A stretch of 64,000 nucleotides of DNA from the human T2T-CHM13v2.0 reference genome, Homo sapiens: the NCBI RefSeq assembly GCF_009914755.1, contig NC_060932.1; one strand, given 5' to 3'. A program made the translations under genes and the position numbers. The stretch's first letter is position 1. Every line of letters begins with the position of its first letter. Shown here in pieces: positions 1 through 12,980 of this stretch. The notes below the pieces were generated by a model. It did no database searches, had not been told where the DNA came from, and saw only the letters and a list, made by a program, of their open reading frames with translations.

Positions 1-263
1 TTTTGTTACAAAGACACCCTTATGTAGACTTTTTAAACACTGGCAATTCCCCATGCAAATAAAAAATCCCCAGAGTCTTTGAAAGAAGTGGAGAAACTTT
101 AAATTTTCTTGAATAAAAGATGATCTGAAATACATGGTTCTTCTTTGGAATTAACCATTCGCCTCTTCCAAACGTGTTGTTACCTGTAATCCATGAATTT
201 CCCCTCCATTTGTAGACTGAAATCTCCAATAAAAGCCACCAAAATCATTTCTCTAGTTTATAG

Positions 264-309
264 TTGGCTGATCTTGGTGGACTGGGAGGATGTGGTGGGT
301 GTTGTACAG
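264..309 (+). other. Candidate small internal exon (46 nt)
   Basis: Preceded by tttctctagtttatag (AG at 262-263) and followed by CAG|gtaaca. Reads LADLGGLGGCGGCCT and splices in frame to the ORF at 997. No homology recognised. Confidence 0.25.
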
Positions 310-996
310 GTAACAACCTAGGTTTATATCCTGGGGACTCTCAACAGACTTCAATCAAAGAAGAGAACTAAACTATAGGCATGAGTACATTATGTAGTAT
401 ATTCCACTGGAAATTCAGGATGAAACTGTGAGATGTAAAGACAGAAGGAGTAGCTTGCCTGATGACAAGCTTTTTATTTACATTTAGTCCTGGCTATACT
501 ATTCGTTGGGTCTATGGAGTCCCCTGCATCATCAAATAGAACCTCCATTTTCTTCAATCTTCTTCACTGAGTGATTATAAACAAATAACAAAATAATTTA
601 GTATGCTAAACAATTCTAAGCCCTGAAGAGAAAATTAATACTTACTAGGCATTTACTATGTGCCAGCCTACTGGAACATTGCATTTTATGTAGACATAAG
701 ATTAATATTTAAATGTGTATAATGCATTTCTAAAATGTTTAAAAATTTTTATAAGTTTACTTCACAGATTAAAAAAACTAAAAAATACTACACTGCTTGC
801 TCAAGGTCTTCTACTTAGTAATTATTGGAGATAAAATTCAAATAGTTTTGATAACACAAAAATCTTGTCAAGGTTGCCACCACCACCAAAATGGGAAATC
901 TTGCAGAAAACAAAACAATGAAAAAATATAGAGAGGAGTAAAAAAGTAGAGAAATTTTGACATGAGCACTGAGAAAAATTAAGCCCATTCTTTTAG

Positions 997-1223
997 ACAT
1001 GAAACAGACCAAAATTGTAGGTGTGATTCAGGATGGATGTGAGGAGAAGATGGGGAAGAAGAAAAAGAAGGAGAATGATGGAGAAACAAGGATGGTTCCA
1101 CAGTGGGAACTTTTTAAAATGCAAGTACCAAAGGAGATTACCAAGGCTGAATTTTTTGAAATGTACCCTTTGACTTTGAGAACAGTTAGTACAAAAATGC
1201 CTCTTGCACTTAACGTAAATTAA
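997..1223 (+). CDS. Candidate terminal coding exon of an unidentified gene (DMKQTKIVGVIQDGCEEKMGKKKKKENDG...LALNVN*)
   Basis: Acceptor cccattcttttag (995-996), purine-rich non-repeat open frame to TAA at 1223, ATTAAA at 1276-1281 and a GU-rich tract near 1353-1370. Protein not recognised. Confidence 0.25.
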
Positions 1224-2079
1224 CAAAATGTGGTCAACAAGACCACAACTTAAGATGAAGTTCTACCTTTTCTTTATTAAACTTCATAAAACAAAACATG
1301 ATTCTTTGACCAAGTGAATCCTTATATAAATTATTTAAATTATATCCAAGCTGGTTGTGGTTGTCATGTCTAATTTCTTTCGTAGCATTTCCTTATGTTA
1401 AGGTCCGCAACTTCTAAGTCCAAGTTTTGGGGTGTTCCTTGTTTGCCTAGAACTTTCATGTACTTGCTTCAAGATCAATGTTACCAAATTTATTTTCACA
1501 GATGTAGCCTGGTAGGCTTTTATCAAACACATAGGAGCTTTGATTATTTGTGTTTGGAAAATTCGAAGTTTAGCAAAGCTAAACAGCTTTTATTTTTTTC
1601 CTTAATTATTAAACTGCAGTACTCCTCTGAACACATTCTGAATTTTCACATGCAGGATTCTCAAATAGTTTTGATCTCACCTTCTTCTTACAGAGAAAAA
1701 CATCATATACTAGTGTTTTGGGGAAGACATAATGGGACCTCAGTTCTTGATCAAGAGTCTACTATACAAAGGCCTGGAAATATCAGTTAATCTTCAAGCC
1801 TTACCTAGGTATCTACTGGTGCTTATTTTCTATACTTTCTTTTAGGGTTGATTTCCAGTAGAAAGGGAAGTATGCTAACCATTATCCGTTTTCAGACTTT
1901 AGTAACCTGCTCTTTGAGAACATCCCATTTTTTTTTCTTAGAGGATTCAAAATACCAGAAATATCAAAAGTAGTTTCTCTTCATTAAAAGTTTGAAACCT
2001 TCTCTTTTGAAGTCAATGAAATACAAGAGGAAGACTTTTATCTGAAACCTGTCAGCATCAGTTGGTAACACTGTAACAT

Positions 2080-2220
2080 CCAGTTTGTTAATTAATCTTT
2101 CTGAGGCTCAGTTTTCCTATCTACAAAGTGAGGATTATAGCGACCACATAGGGATATAGTAGGAACTATGATTAATGAATTATTTTATAATAAACAGAGA
2201 CACTGCTAGTTCAATAGAGT
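2080..2220 (+). mobile_element. MIR SINE fragment
   Basis: Core match ttaatctttctgaggctcagttttcctatctacaaagtgagg. Confidence 0.6.
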
Positions 2221-4721
2221 TCCCTTCCCTTTTTTTCTTGCTCAGTATCAATGTCTCAGGGCAGTATGTCTGGACCAACCCTCCAGAGATCTGCATCACA
2301 CCAGAAACATGAATTCCCCATTGGCTAATGCCTCTCTATGCAAATATTGCTTCAACAAGTTGTGTGCAGAAAAAAAAATTCCACCAACCGTCAAAACTAA
2401 ATAAGTAATTTAAACATTCCAAAGAAGGTATTTGTTCCCAAGGAATTTATATCAGGGTTGCAAACACTTGACCAATTTTCATATAAAGAATATTAACAGG
2501 ACAAGGCAGCTTATAATACCCAAAGAAAGGTCTATAAAATCTCAGAAGAAGAAGAAAATGAGGAAATGAGGGGATAAGACTTGAGTTGTGATTTCTTCAA
2601 AGGTCAGGGCCTTCTGTAGATTCCATAAGGTTATTGAGGAGTTTGGGGATGTAGTAGAGATTGTTTTAATCCTTCTGTGACCACTTCCATGTGTACTATT
2701 TTGTGTAGAGGTTTTGCCCCTGAAGAATCTGGAGCTTCCGGGTGGTCTGTATATGAGTTCTAAATCTGGATGTCATCATAAGTGACAGCTGGGGAGAGAA
2801 AGGTTGTGGGGGACAGGGCAGAGACACAATAATAGCATGCCTGAAAGATCCCTAAGATTAGAACTGTATACCAGCACCTCTTCCAGAAAGGAAAGAACAG
2901 TGGCTTCAGAGATCCTAACCACCCTTTCCATGTTAGTTGTTTTGCTTATCTGGTTTCTAAATGTGAGACACAAGCAGGCCATAGAGAAGAGCTTGGCTCA
3001 AGCCAGAAACTTGGATATTTTCTAGGTTTAGTTTAAAATATGAAAACAAAACAAAACCTTTGAAAGTAAGAATTAAGACCATAATAATGAAGTTTTAGAA
3101 GGCTCCTCAAAAAATAAGTCATGCTAATTTAATATAACAATATTATGCTTTTGGAGTTAAGAGCCATAACATATGGCGGTGAGAGCTTGATGCCAAAGCA
3201 AACTATGAAAAGCCCTGCCATTCACCACATCGTCACTAGAGGGGGAAGTTGCATGCAAATAGGGTTCATTCCTGAGCAAGAAGCACACCCACCTCCACTA
3301 GTGGTAACAGTTTTTGTTGCCATGGGAATCCCTAAACAAGGGGTAAATATGTCGACAATAGCCATAGACAATTTTATTTTTTATCCTTTTTTAATGCATG
3401 GCAGTCTCAGAGCACTCCATCTGCAGCCTGATGTTGCTCACTGGCCTGTTAAGTCTGGGCAGCACAAGTCATCCATTATTACTAAATGGTATCACAGCAC
3501 GCAGCTCTGTTCACACACTGTCGTGCATTGTAAAAGTCCCTGCTCTATGGAGAGAGAAAAAAAAAACTCAACTCTCTTTGCCCTTCCCTTTTTCCCTAGC
3601 TTGCTCCTCCTTCCAAGAGCAGCTGAATCTTCAAACGAGGATACGTTCTGAGTCTTTCTGTATTGGGCTAGTAAATACTTACCATGATCAAGTGTGGAGA
3701 AAACCAATTTAATCTGGGGCAAAGAAGAACTGAAAAAGAGGCAGAAGCATCTGTGAGGCTCAACGATAGATGTTTGAGGTGGCTGGAATATAGTTAAAAT
3801 AATTTGACTCACTCAAACATATACCTTTAAATGGAGTCTGTGACAGAATTAAGGCAAACAGTGTCGATGTCTGTGTGCCATAATGATGCATGCATCAAGA
3901 TAGTCCAGTTTGTGGGAGATACAGCTCTAAGTCTAAACCATTAGGAAGAACCCTAGCCAGGGATGTAAACAAAGCAGAGAATGGAACTATATTGCAGGTA
4001 GCAAATTACCTTATCATCTTTGCCTGAATTTCCTTGGGTGTATGCATCATTTATTATATACCTTCTTGGTGTTAGGTACTCTGCTGGACATGAGTATTAA
4101 GTAGAGATGACCCCTGCCCTTGAGATACTTACAGTCAGGAGAACTTTCGTTCCCTGAGAACTGGACATGATCCAACAGGAAACTATGGTCGCTATGGCAG
4201 TAACACAGATGCCTAACTCACAATTAGAGTCCTCCTCTCCAAAAGGCCCCCTTCTCAGACTAAATGGAGGAAGAGCTCCTTCACACAATGGGAGGAGGAG
4301 CAGGGCTTTAGACATGGTTTCATGAGGTCAGGAATCAAGCCACTTGGTTGGTGAAAGTACCCTTTGTGGATATGCCTGCATGTGGCACATAAAAGACCTT
4401 CAATAAGTATGTGCTAACTAAATGAAAACATAGATAAATGAATGGATGGGGAAATAATGAGATAGCTGATGCACTTGGAGAATTCTTGGTGGATATGTTT
4501 GAAGTAGAAAATATTGAATAGTCACTATGTCATGGAACAGTAAATCTGGATAAAAAATTAAAACATTCAACTTTGAGCCTTTAATGTTAGCTTAATCTCC
4601 TAAGTTTTTCCTTTCATTGAGCTAAAATTTCTTTTATCACTCTAAACATCAGAATATTTAAATCACAGCACAGATAAATATCCATCTTTAGGATGGTAAA
4701 AATTCACATGAAAATTACTAG

Positions 4722-5145
4722 GAAAGAGAAAGTAAATGAAATAACTGGCTATCCACTTTCTGTGAGGGGTGTTTCAAATGCCATTCGTGTGGAGAATCGC
4801 TGGCCTTTCCTTGAAACTTACATAGAAAATTTGGGTTCCTGGCACATGGAAAATTCCCTAGTCTCTGTCTGGGATTTCCCAGAGATTGTATCCCTGGGAG
4901 CTTCAAGGGCATAAAACTAAAAAGGGTGGAGGAATCCTTGGATTGTGTGCCATTATCATTCAGCCCCTGGTGACGCTACTATGATGATGTTGGCCAGTGC
5001 CGCGCTTTTTCTCAAAAAGAGGCCTCAGGATGTCAACTTAACTGGAAACACACTCTGGAGTTACAGCCAAGAGGGGCGACTTTCCCCAAATGGTTCTTGT
5101 TTTGTGATTCAGCATGTGAGTCATTTGGTTAATAACAACTTCCTG
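4722..5145. promoter_or_regulatory. Candidate inducible enhancer/promoter (IRF, NF-kB, AP-1, ETS motifs)
   Basis: GAAAGAGAAAGT 4722-4733, GGAAAATTCCC 4848-4858, GGGATTTCCC 4871-4880, TGACG 4971-4975, TGAGTCA 5117-5123, ACTTCCTG 5138-5145. Motif evidence only. Confidence 0.35.
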
Positions 5146-5405
5146 TACGTCCCAGACACCCCCTAGAAAATTTGGATCTCTTCTGATTTGGGGTGGTTGG
5201 GTCGGTTGCTAAGGCTGCTGGTTTGAGATTACTTGTCAGTGAAGTGGAGATTCTGGAGATTTTCTGTAGCCTACAGAGCTGCAGAGGAACTGATAGTATC
5301 ACAACAAGAAAGCAGACTGCAGCATCAGGAGACTGACTGTCAGATATCATTGTCCAGTAGACAATTTTGAAATGTTAGTAGGACGATATCAGGTTACTAC
5401 ACTAC

Positions 5406-5774
5406 TGCTATGGTTTAAATGCCCCCTCCCAAACTCATATTTAAATGTAATTGCCATTGTAACAGTATTAAGAGGTGGGAACTTTAAAGGGTGATTACGT
5501 CATGAGGGGTCTGCCCTTGCGAATAGATTAATAGATTTGTTATTGCCAGAGTAGTTTCCTTATAAAAGGATGAGTTTTGCCCCCTTTTATCTCTCTCACT
5601 CTCTGGATCCTTGCACCTTTCACCATGGGATGATGAAGCAAGAGGTCCTTGTCAGATGCTGGTCCCTTGATCTTAGACTTCCCAGCCTCTAGAACTGTAA
5701 GAAATAAATTTCTGTTCATAATAAATTACACAGTCTCAGGTATTGTGTTATGGCAGTATAAACAGACTAAGACA
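5406..5774 (+). mobile_element. MST-family MaLR solo LTR
   Basis: Starts tgctatggttt, ends gactaagaca, contains ttcccagcctctagaactgtaagaaataaatttctg. 5-bp TSD actac/actat. Confidence 0.9.
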
Positions 5775-5849
5775 ACTATTAAAAATGAGCGTATGCATCT
5801 TTTCAGAGTAGAGAAGTCCATTCATGCATGCCATAGACTTCAACTGCCC

Positions 5850-6390
5850 CCTTGCATTCATGCCACCCCTTCCTCATTATATAGCAACCATATGGTAGGG
5901 TAGGTTACTCACCAGTACATACTGGTGGGAGGGGCTCACCACTGGTTCTGGGCTAATCCTATCTCCCTTGGTACAATGCTTGTGGTTAGGGTTGGACATT
6001 TGGGGCTGGCTTAAATCAACTAGGACAAAGCATTTTTCTGGCCAAATCTAGGTCATTTCCATCAGGATGAAGCTAGGCATTCTATTACTTGAGCTAAGAG
6101 AATATGCTATTTTTTTCTGGATACACAAAAGCATGTATGTTTCTCTGAAAATTATGGACAGCCATACTGTGACTACTTGGAGAGGTCAGCCTTAGGTTGA
6201 CGTTGATGATACCCAAGGAAAAGAAAAGAGAGCAAGAAAGAAACTGGTAATATCAACAAGCTCCTGCATGAAACCAAAGACCCCTTTTCTGCCATATGCT
6301 TTTTATATGAAGTGAAATATTTTCTTTATTATTTAAGCCAGTTTGGATTGAGTTTTCTGTTACTATTGGCAGAAATGATACTTACTAGTG
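5850..6390 (+). mobile_element. Old MLT1 (J/K/L-like) MaLR LTR
   Basis: 3' end tttaagccagtttggattgagttttctgttact is typical of old MLT1. 5' boundary approximate. Confidence 0.55.
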
Positions 6391-6399
6391 TAATTTATT

Positions 6400-6820
6400 A
6401 ATTGATCATCCAATCTTATATTCTATAAATATTTACTAGCTGTCTACTATCCTCAAGGCATAAAGACAGAGATAGTTCTTTCCCTCAGGGAGGACAGGGT
6501 ATTCTGAAAAGGCAGACATGTAAATGGAAAATAAATGTATAGCATGGTAAATGCTAAATTCAGGTAATATACACAAGGCACAATGGGAACATGGAAAAAG
6601 AACCCCTAAATATGTCTTGATGGAGGCAGCCAGGGGAACTTCGTGGAGGAAAAGGCGTTTGAGATAACTGTCGTAGGAAGATCTGGAAATAAAGCACAGA
6701 GTTGAGGCTGAATAAATGGCCGGTGCTACATTTTAAAGAACCTTTATTTAAGATAGGAAGTATTTTTTTCCTTGTTGCAATGGGGAGTTATTAAAGAATT
6801 TTGACCAGAGTGATCATTTT
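6400..6820 (-). mobile_element. L2 LINE 3' fragment
   Basis: aaatatttactagctgtctactat...aggcagacatgtaaat matches the reverse complement of the L2 3' end. Confidence 0.55.
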
Positions 6821-6869
6821 GAAAACACATACATCATGACTTTGTAGCTTCTAAATGTGGTAAATAGTA

Positions 6870-7035
6870 AATCATTGTGGTTAAGAACATGGGCACTAGA
6901 CTCCTTGGTCTTAAATCTTTGTTCTGCTACCTCCCAGTGCCCCTGTTTTCTTATCTGAAAAAAAAATAGATGCAATGATATTGTTGTAAGACTTAAATAA
7001 GAACTTTTTAATATAGTGGCAGGCACATGACATAT
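6870..7035 (+). mobile_element. MIR fragment
   Basis: tgtggttaagaacatgggcactaga...tgttttcttatctgaaaaa. Confidence 0.55.
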
Positions 7036-10000
7036 TTATATACTTTTTCGTACCCCCTTCTCCCCTCCCCCAAAACTAATTTTAGCTTCTAATAATACTA
7101 TTAATTAATTCCCTTTGGTATGATGAACAAACTAAGGTTTGGAAAAAGCTGTACCCAGCTGCTTTGTTATACAGTATATCATCAAAAACCTGTGACTTCA
7201 TCTATAATGCTGGGCATCCATTGTTTAATGCAGTTTAGTAAATTTTTGGCCCATGCTGTTTATTTGCAGTTCAGCTATTTTTACGTTTCTGGAGCAATGT
7301 GTGCATACCCATAGATGGGGTAGCCCATTTAAGATAAATATATTATCCCCTCCCAATAAAACATCTCCATATGTTCAAGACAACATAAAGATAAAGATAT
7401 GATAAGAGGTGTACACTTGGAGGTCTGTAATAGCTCATAATGGTTTCATGAAATAGGCAAAGTGAAATGTCTATGTAAGATGTTTCCTAAATGGGAAATG
7501 TAACCTTAATATAGATGTATACCACGCATGGTTGATATTGAGCTGATGTTTATGTGAGTATGGCTGCGCTGGTGGTTTATTGCTAGTATCTCTTCTGATT
7601 GATCAGGCATTCTTCTGATTAACTAAGTGTTGAGCCATAGTACATATTAAGTATTTTGAATACAGTCTTTGCAAATAAGGTTCCCATTCTTTATATCTAA
7701 AGCTCGCATATAAAAATGAGGGGTGTCGGCAGACAAAAACAGTGGGCTAAGTCTGTACTAGTTGTATGTAAAGTTAGTTCAGGAGAATAGAAATCACCAA
7801 ATCCCTGATGAAGACAGTGGAAGAGGCTGGGACAGCAGCAACACCACACTGTGGGGTATTGGCATCAGCTCGCCAGAGAGCAGATAGACAGACATTTGCA
7901 CCCCGCCTTCTTTCTTTCTGACTAGATACGCTTTTGCAAGTTACTTAACTTCTCTGAGTCTTAGCTTAGATGGAGAATGCAGACAATAATTCTTACCACA
8001 AATAAATGTTGGTAATTACTATTATCTAGCATGGATTCTTGCATAAAAAGTAACTGCAAGTGATATTCCTTATTCTTATTTATCTCTGACTAACAGTATC
8101 GGGAAGAAGACCCACTTTATATTATGACCTATTTACACAAAGGGTACAGATTATGGATGTCTACTAAAATTTACCTGCTTTCCAACAACTTGAATTTTAA
8201 AGAATATTTAAGAAATATTTCCAGGATAGCTCATTCCATGTTGGGTGTACTATATTAGTCAGGGGCATTTTATCAATTTCAATGAACTATTGAGATTATA
8301 CTTTGCCTCAGATGGGAACAAACACTGATTCTAGTGCATGTTGTTTTACTCTAACATTATTACATCTGTAGGTTTGGCACGGCAGCCTGTACATGCTAAA
8401 TGCTCAGTGAATGTGTGTTGTGTGTATGAATAGGTGGGTAGACTTATAACTAATGATTAATCCTAGAAATCAAGCATTACCTATAAGATACAACTTTTTT
8501 TCCTGGGGATGACTTTGCTTTTATTTTAACTTCTACACTCTTGTAATTTTCTTATCCAGTTCTGCCTTGTAATATGATTATTTGGTCTTGTCTTATTTCC
8601 CTTACTGAGATATAAGTTCCTTGAAATCATACCCTGTGTCTTACTCTTTTCTAAAATTCCTAGTGGTTAATTGATTCTCAACAAATATCAGCTGGGTCTT
8701 GAAGTAATCTATGAAATATCATGCTCAGTTTCAAGGTGACTTGTCTTTTGATGAGTGTATATATCAATTACATGTTACCTTATTTGAGAGATGACACCTG
8801 CTCTCAGTTTCAGTGACTCTCTACTGGGTTACAAGTGCTGTGTCTCCTGAACTGGCATAGACAGTGAGAGAATCACAAGTCTCATAGCCACACATCCCAT
8901 ACTTCTGATCATGATAGTTGTTTGATCTAAATCACTCTAGCCTTGGCTGCCTTTCCATAGTCAGTGCCAGTAGTAGGCAGGACCTAGCCCAATATTTGCC
9001 TCCCTCTTGTGAGCTGTCCTCTTTATATCATACAGAGCATTTTGCCTGCTTCCATTTGCATTGACAAAGGCTTCCTATGGAGTGCCAGCTATTAGGAAAC
9101 ATATAGCATGGCAAAGGGCAGAGATTTAGGAGTGCCAGATAGGACAGAAAGCACTTCACTTAGCTGAAGTGACATCCAGATCTGTGCCATGGTCTTGCCC
9201 CTTCTTCTTCTTGATATGTGCATTTGACAAAGCACATTCACCCAGAGCTGTGTTGAATGGAGAGGGTCCTACATCCAAATACAGCAGGCTCTTGTGAGTT
9301 GCTGACATTTAGTTCACCACAGACACCAACTGCCCAGTAGTTATTAAATTCAAGGTCCCGCAGAAACAAATAGGATAAGTCAGAGCAACTACTTGACCTC
9401 AAGTCACTGCTTCTTCATTCTCATGTCTTCTACATCTCCATTTTTCTGACTATTTCTTTCCAGACACTGCCAGTTTCCATCTAGGAATAGTATGTTTCCA
9501 GTTAATCTGAATTATACACAAGGAAAACCTAATATAGCTTTAAAAGATGTAAATCAAGAAAGACTTTGACGCTGAGATTAGCTGTATTTTTTAGTTGATG
9601 TTTTATTTTTTTAAATTGTGTTATCCTTTTCCTATAACCTTATTATGCTTTTCTATTCCCATGAGTAAAATACCTTATTATCGTCAAATACATTGTATAG
9701 TATAGGGAAAAACAAGAAGATCAGCAAAAGGCTAACAGGGGTTTTGTGTTTTAGAAGAGTATATTCAGCTTTTTTGGTCATTACCAGTAGCTTTGAGTTC
9801 TGAGTTAACAGGAAGAAAATTTCAGCCTATGACAATTCTTAACCATCAACTTATTAACAGGAAGACTATTTGAGTAGGGAAAGCTGTGTTTTGAAACAGT
9901 GTAAGTTCTTTTACATGTTTTATTATTTTATTGAGTCTTTTCTTAATGCATAAGAGGAGTTCTGGGGTATAAGATAGAAACTGATCAGACAACATAAAGT

Positions 10001-10154
10001 TGAATAATATGTTTCTCAGACTAGATGGTCAAACACATAATTTTCCATGATGTTAGAAAGCAGAGGGGTCAATGTATCTCCTGGGACACTTGGACTGTGT
10101 TTACCCAGAGCAACAATTCAAATAATCTTGGAGCAAAATATTATTTGATATTGT

Positions 10155-10545
10155 CTTATAATGGATTCCTCTGAAACAGGGAGTTTTGTGCAAAAGTTGA
10201 TTGGGGAGTGGTCTTGGGAGACATACCTATAAGGCAGTAAGGTAAGAAGAAACAGAAAAAAAATCTTGCCCGCAACACAATTGAAACTGAGCTGTCGGCT
10301 GATTGATCGCAAATTGAAGTAAGTTCGCAAAGCCTTTGTATCCCTCCTTCAGCCAGTAATTTGCTGCATGGTAAACTCTGGGAAGGTTTATAACCTTGGA
10401 AGAGGTCATTCACTGAGCCTGAGAGCAATTTCCAATAAGCATCACAGCTGTGAGTGGCCAGCAGCCAATACTACCAGCACCTGGGGGGTGCAGAATGGGT
10501 GCACTGGCCTTGAAGAAGGGATGTGGAGCACTAGAGTGTTTATAT
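10155..10545 (-). mobile_element. ERVL-type LTR (LTR33/LTR16-like)
   Basis: ggattcctctgaaacagggagttttgtgcaaaagttgattggggagtggtcttgggagacatacctataagg resembles the reverse complement of the LTR33 3' end. Confidence 0.5.
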
Positions 10546-10552
10546 AGAAAAA

Positions 10553-10733
10553 TAGCTCTCAGAGTCTGGTACCCAGACAAGCAGCATCAGCATCACCTGG
10601 AAATGTGTTAAAAATGCAAATTCTCAAGACCAACCCCAGTTCTGAATCAAATTCTTGCGGTGGGATGAAACAATCTGTGGTTTAACAGGCCCTCCAGGTA
10701 TTATTGATGCACACTTAAGGCTGGGAACTACTG
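10553..10733. mobile_element. MER5A hAT-Charlie MITE
   Basis: cagcatcagcatcacctggaaatgtgttaaaaatgcaaattctc...tttaacaggccctccaggt...gggaactactg. Confidence 0.8.
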
Positions 10734-11544
10734 CACTAGTTTATCTATTGCATGCACCTAACAAATTATTTTATTAGAATAATTTGTGTGTGTATGTTTA
10801 GAACTTTTTTTCTGATAATAATGTACTGATTTCTGCATTTGATTATTTGTGTTATCTCACATACTGGAAAATCCAAGACAGAATTTAAAGCTTCGGTCAG
10901 TTTGTCTTACAATAGCCAATTGTCACAATCCCGTCAGGAAAATGTAGAATATGAGTCTCTTTTATGCTATAGGAGCCTAACGGGAAAAAAGCTAAGAGGA
11001 GAGGAGGAGAGGAGTAAGTGCACAACATACACAGAGATGCAGATGTTATCTATGTTCTTTCTTTACAAGGGATTGTGAAAGTTTAATATTGTGAAAACCT
11101 CTGATTTGCATCAGGATGAATTTAGATAGGTACCAAATGTCTGCCGTTTTGCTTTTGAGAGGAAAACAAATACAGTCTTCCTGTTCTTATGGAGAATTTA
11201 CACAAACATTGATTGACCATGAAGATAACACCAATAGCCACGAAAAAAAAGTACTGCCAAATGGTAAATGATATGGTATTATAAAGTGTGGATTTTCTAT
11301 AGACCATGAAAATCAGAACATAATTTTAAAATGAAGAAAACAGGAAACCAAAGATGAAAGTGCTTATTTATTAGATCCTGTTTCTGAGTTCAGTTATATA
11401 GTTCATTGCAAAGTTGGTATCCTTGCCTTTAAATATGAATCAGAATACCCATTTTTTAGAAACCTCTGCAACTTTGCAAAACTTCCACACCACTTCAGTT
11501 TATCTAGTCTGGATTTCCATTGTTTTCCCTTAAGAACTATTCGA

Positions 11545-11810
11545 CTTTGGGAGCCCAAGCGGGGCGGATCACGAGGTCAGGAGATTGAGACTATCCTGGC
11601 TAACATGGTGAAACCTCATCTCTACTAAAAACACAAAAAATTAGCTGGGCGTGGTGGCGGGCACCTGTAGTCCCAGCTACTCAGGAAGCTGAGGCAGGAG
11701 AACGGTGTGAACCCGGGAGGCGGAGCTTGCGGTGAGCCAAGATCGCGCCCCTGCGCTCCAGCCTGGGCGACAGAGCGAGACTCCGTCTCAAGAAAAAAAA
11801 GCAAAAAAAA
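11545..11810 (+). mobile_element. AluY, 5'-truncated by about 33 nt
   Basis: AluY diagnostics (gtgaacccgggaggcggagcttgc, cctggctaaca). TSD aagaactattcga 11532-11544 / aagaactatttga 11811-11823. Confidence 0.95.
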
Positions 11811-12794
11811 AAGAACTATTTGAACATAATTAGATTCAGAGGACAAGGGCTCTGTTTAGCCTGTGCATGCCATCTTGATCACCAATTTGCTGTTTGTATT
11901 GACACTCATCTGTGTTGTTTACCTTACTCTCTTTCTTTGGAGTGGTGAATGTCTCAACATAGTCAACAACTATGGGCTTAATCCTCTGTTTCCAAAAAGC
12001 ATTTGGACTTCATTTATTTTTCCAACTACAAGCCCATTATTGGCCATTGAAGCTTCCAAAAACCACTTTTACTGTGTGAGTGGGAGGCTTAGATAACCAG
12101 AATACTTAATTAAATATAATAGTTTTTTTCCAATGAATCCTCCATGGTGCACTCATTTTTAATAGCATCCTAAGCTTCTTTAACTCTAGGAGAACCGGTC
12201 CTGAATTTACAAACAGGCAGGTTTAGCATGGAGACACGTTAACTCTGGTAAGTCCAAAGATGCTCTTGAGGGGCTCTTCCCATCTGTTACTGTATTTTGT
12301 AGCTTGAGTTTTGGAACAGCTGGGAAGCATGAAAACATTCTCACTGCAAGGAGGCTATGTTATAAACTTCAATCTAAAGAGATGCTCGTTCATTTCACAG
12401 AAATCCCTCCAAAACACTAAATTCTGCAATACCTCTACTGCAGAGAAAACTCACATTCTCGGGGCTGTTTTTCTCCTTGAGACTTTTGAATAAAAAGATT
12501 AACCTCTTTTTACATTTGAAAGACTTTCTAAAAAACAAGATGATCAAACTTAAATAAAAGCTGTTTGAGAATCTGCTCATATAGTGTCTCATGTTTCATT
12601 GGCTGAAAGAAAACTACCCATTTATTATCAATAAATAATAGTAAGAATAATAATAGTAAGTTATTTGAGAGTTATTGTTAGTAATCATTTGTCCAATCCC
12701 AGCAAGGAGCTGGATATTCTGAGCAACACTAAATGCTATTTTACTTCATTATGAAGTAAAATAATTTAAATATTACAAAAAGTATGCCAAAGTA

Positions 12795-12980
12795 ACTAAA
12801 AGAGTAAATTTCAAATGTTTCATTGTTATAAAAAAAAAAGATAGGTGAGCAAGCTGATGAATACATTAGCTTGGTTTAATCATTTCATACTGTGCATGTA
12901 TATCAAAATATTACATTGTATCCATAAATGTATACAATTATGATTTGTCCATTAAAAACAGCATTTTAAAAATAATAAAT
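12795..12980 (+). mobile_element. L1MA-type 3' end fragment
   Basis: ttagcttggtttaatcatttcatactgtg...cataaatgtatacaattatgatttgtccattaaaa. Confidence 0.75.

Noticed and set aside
3145-3812. Three overlapping ORFs of 104-168 aa
   Set aside because: No recognisable domain, no convincing flanking splice sites, and overlapping frames on both strands suggest chance.
4960-5082. Two CTCF-like motifs (tcaccaggggct on the minus strand, ccaagaggggcg)
   Set aside because: Each is one base short in the core G-run and does not fit the CTCF spacing.
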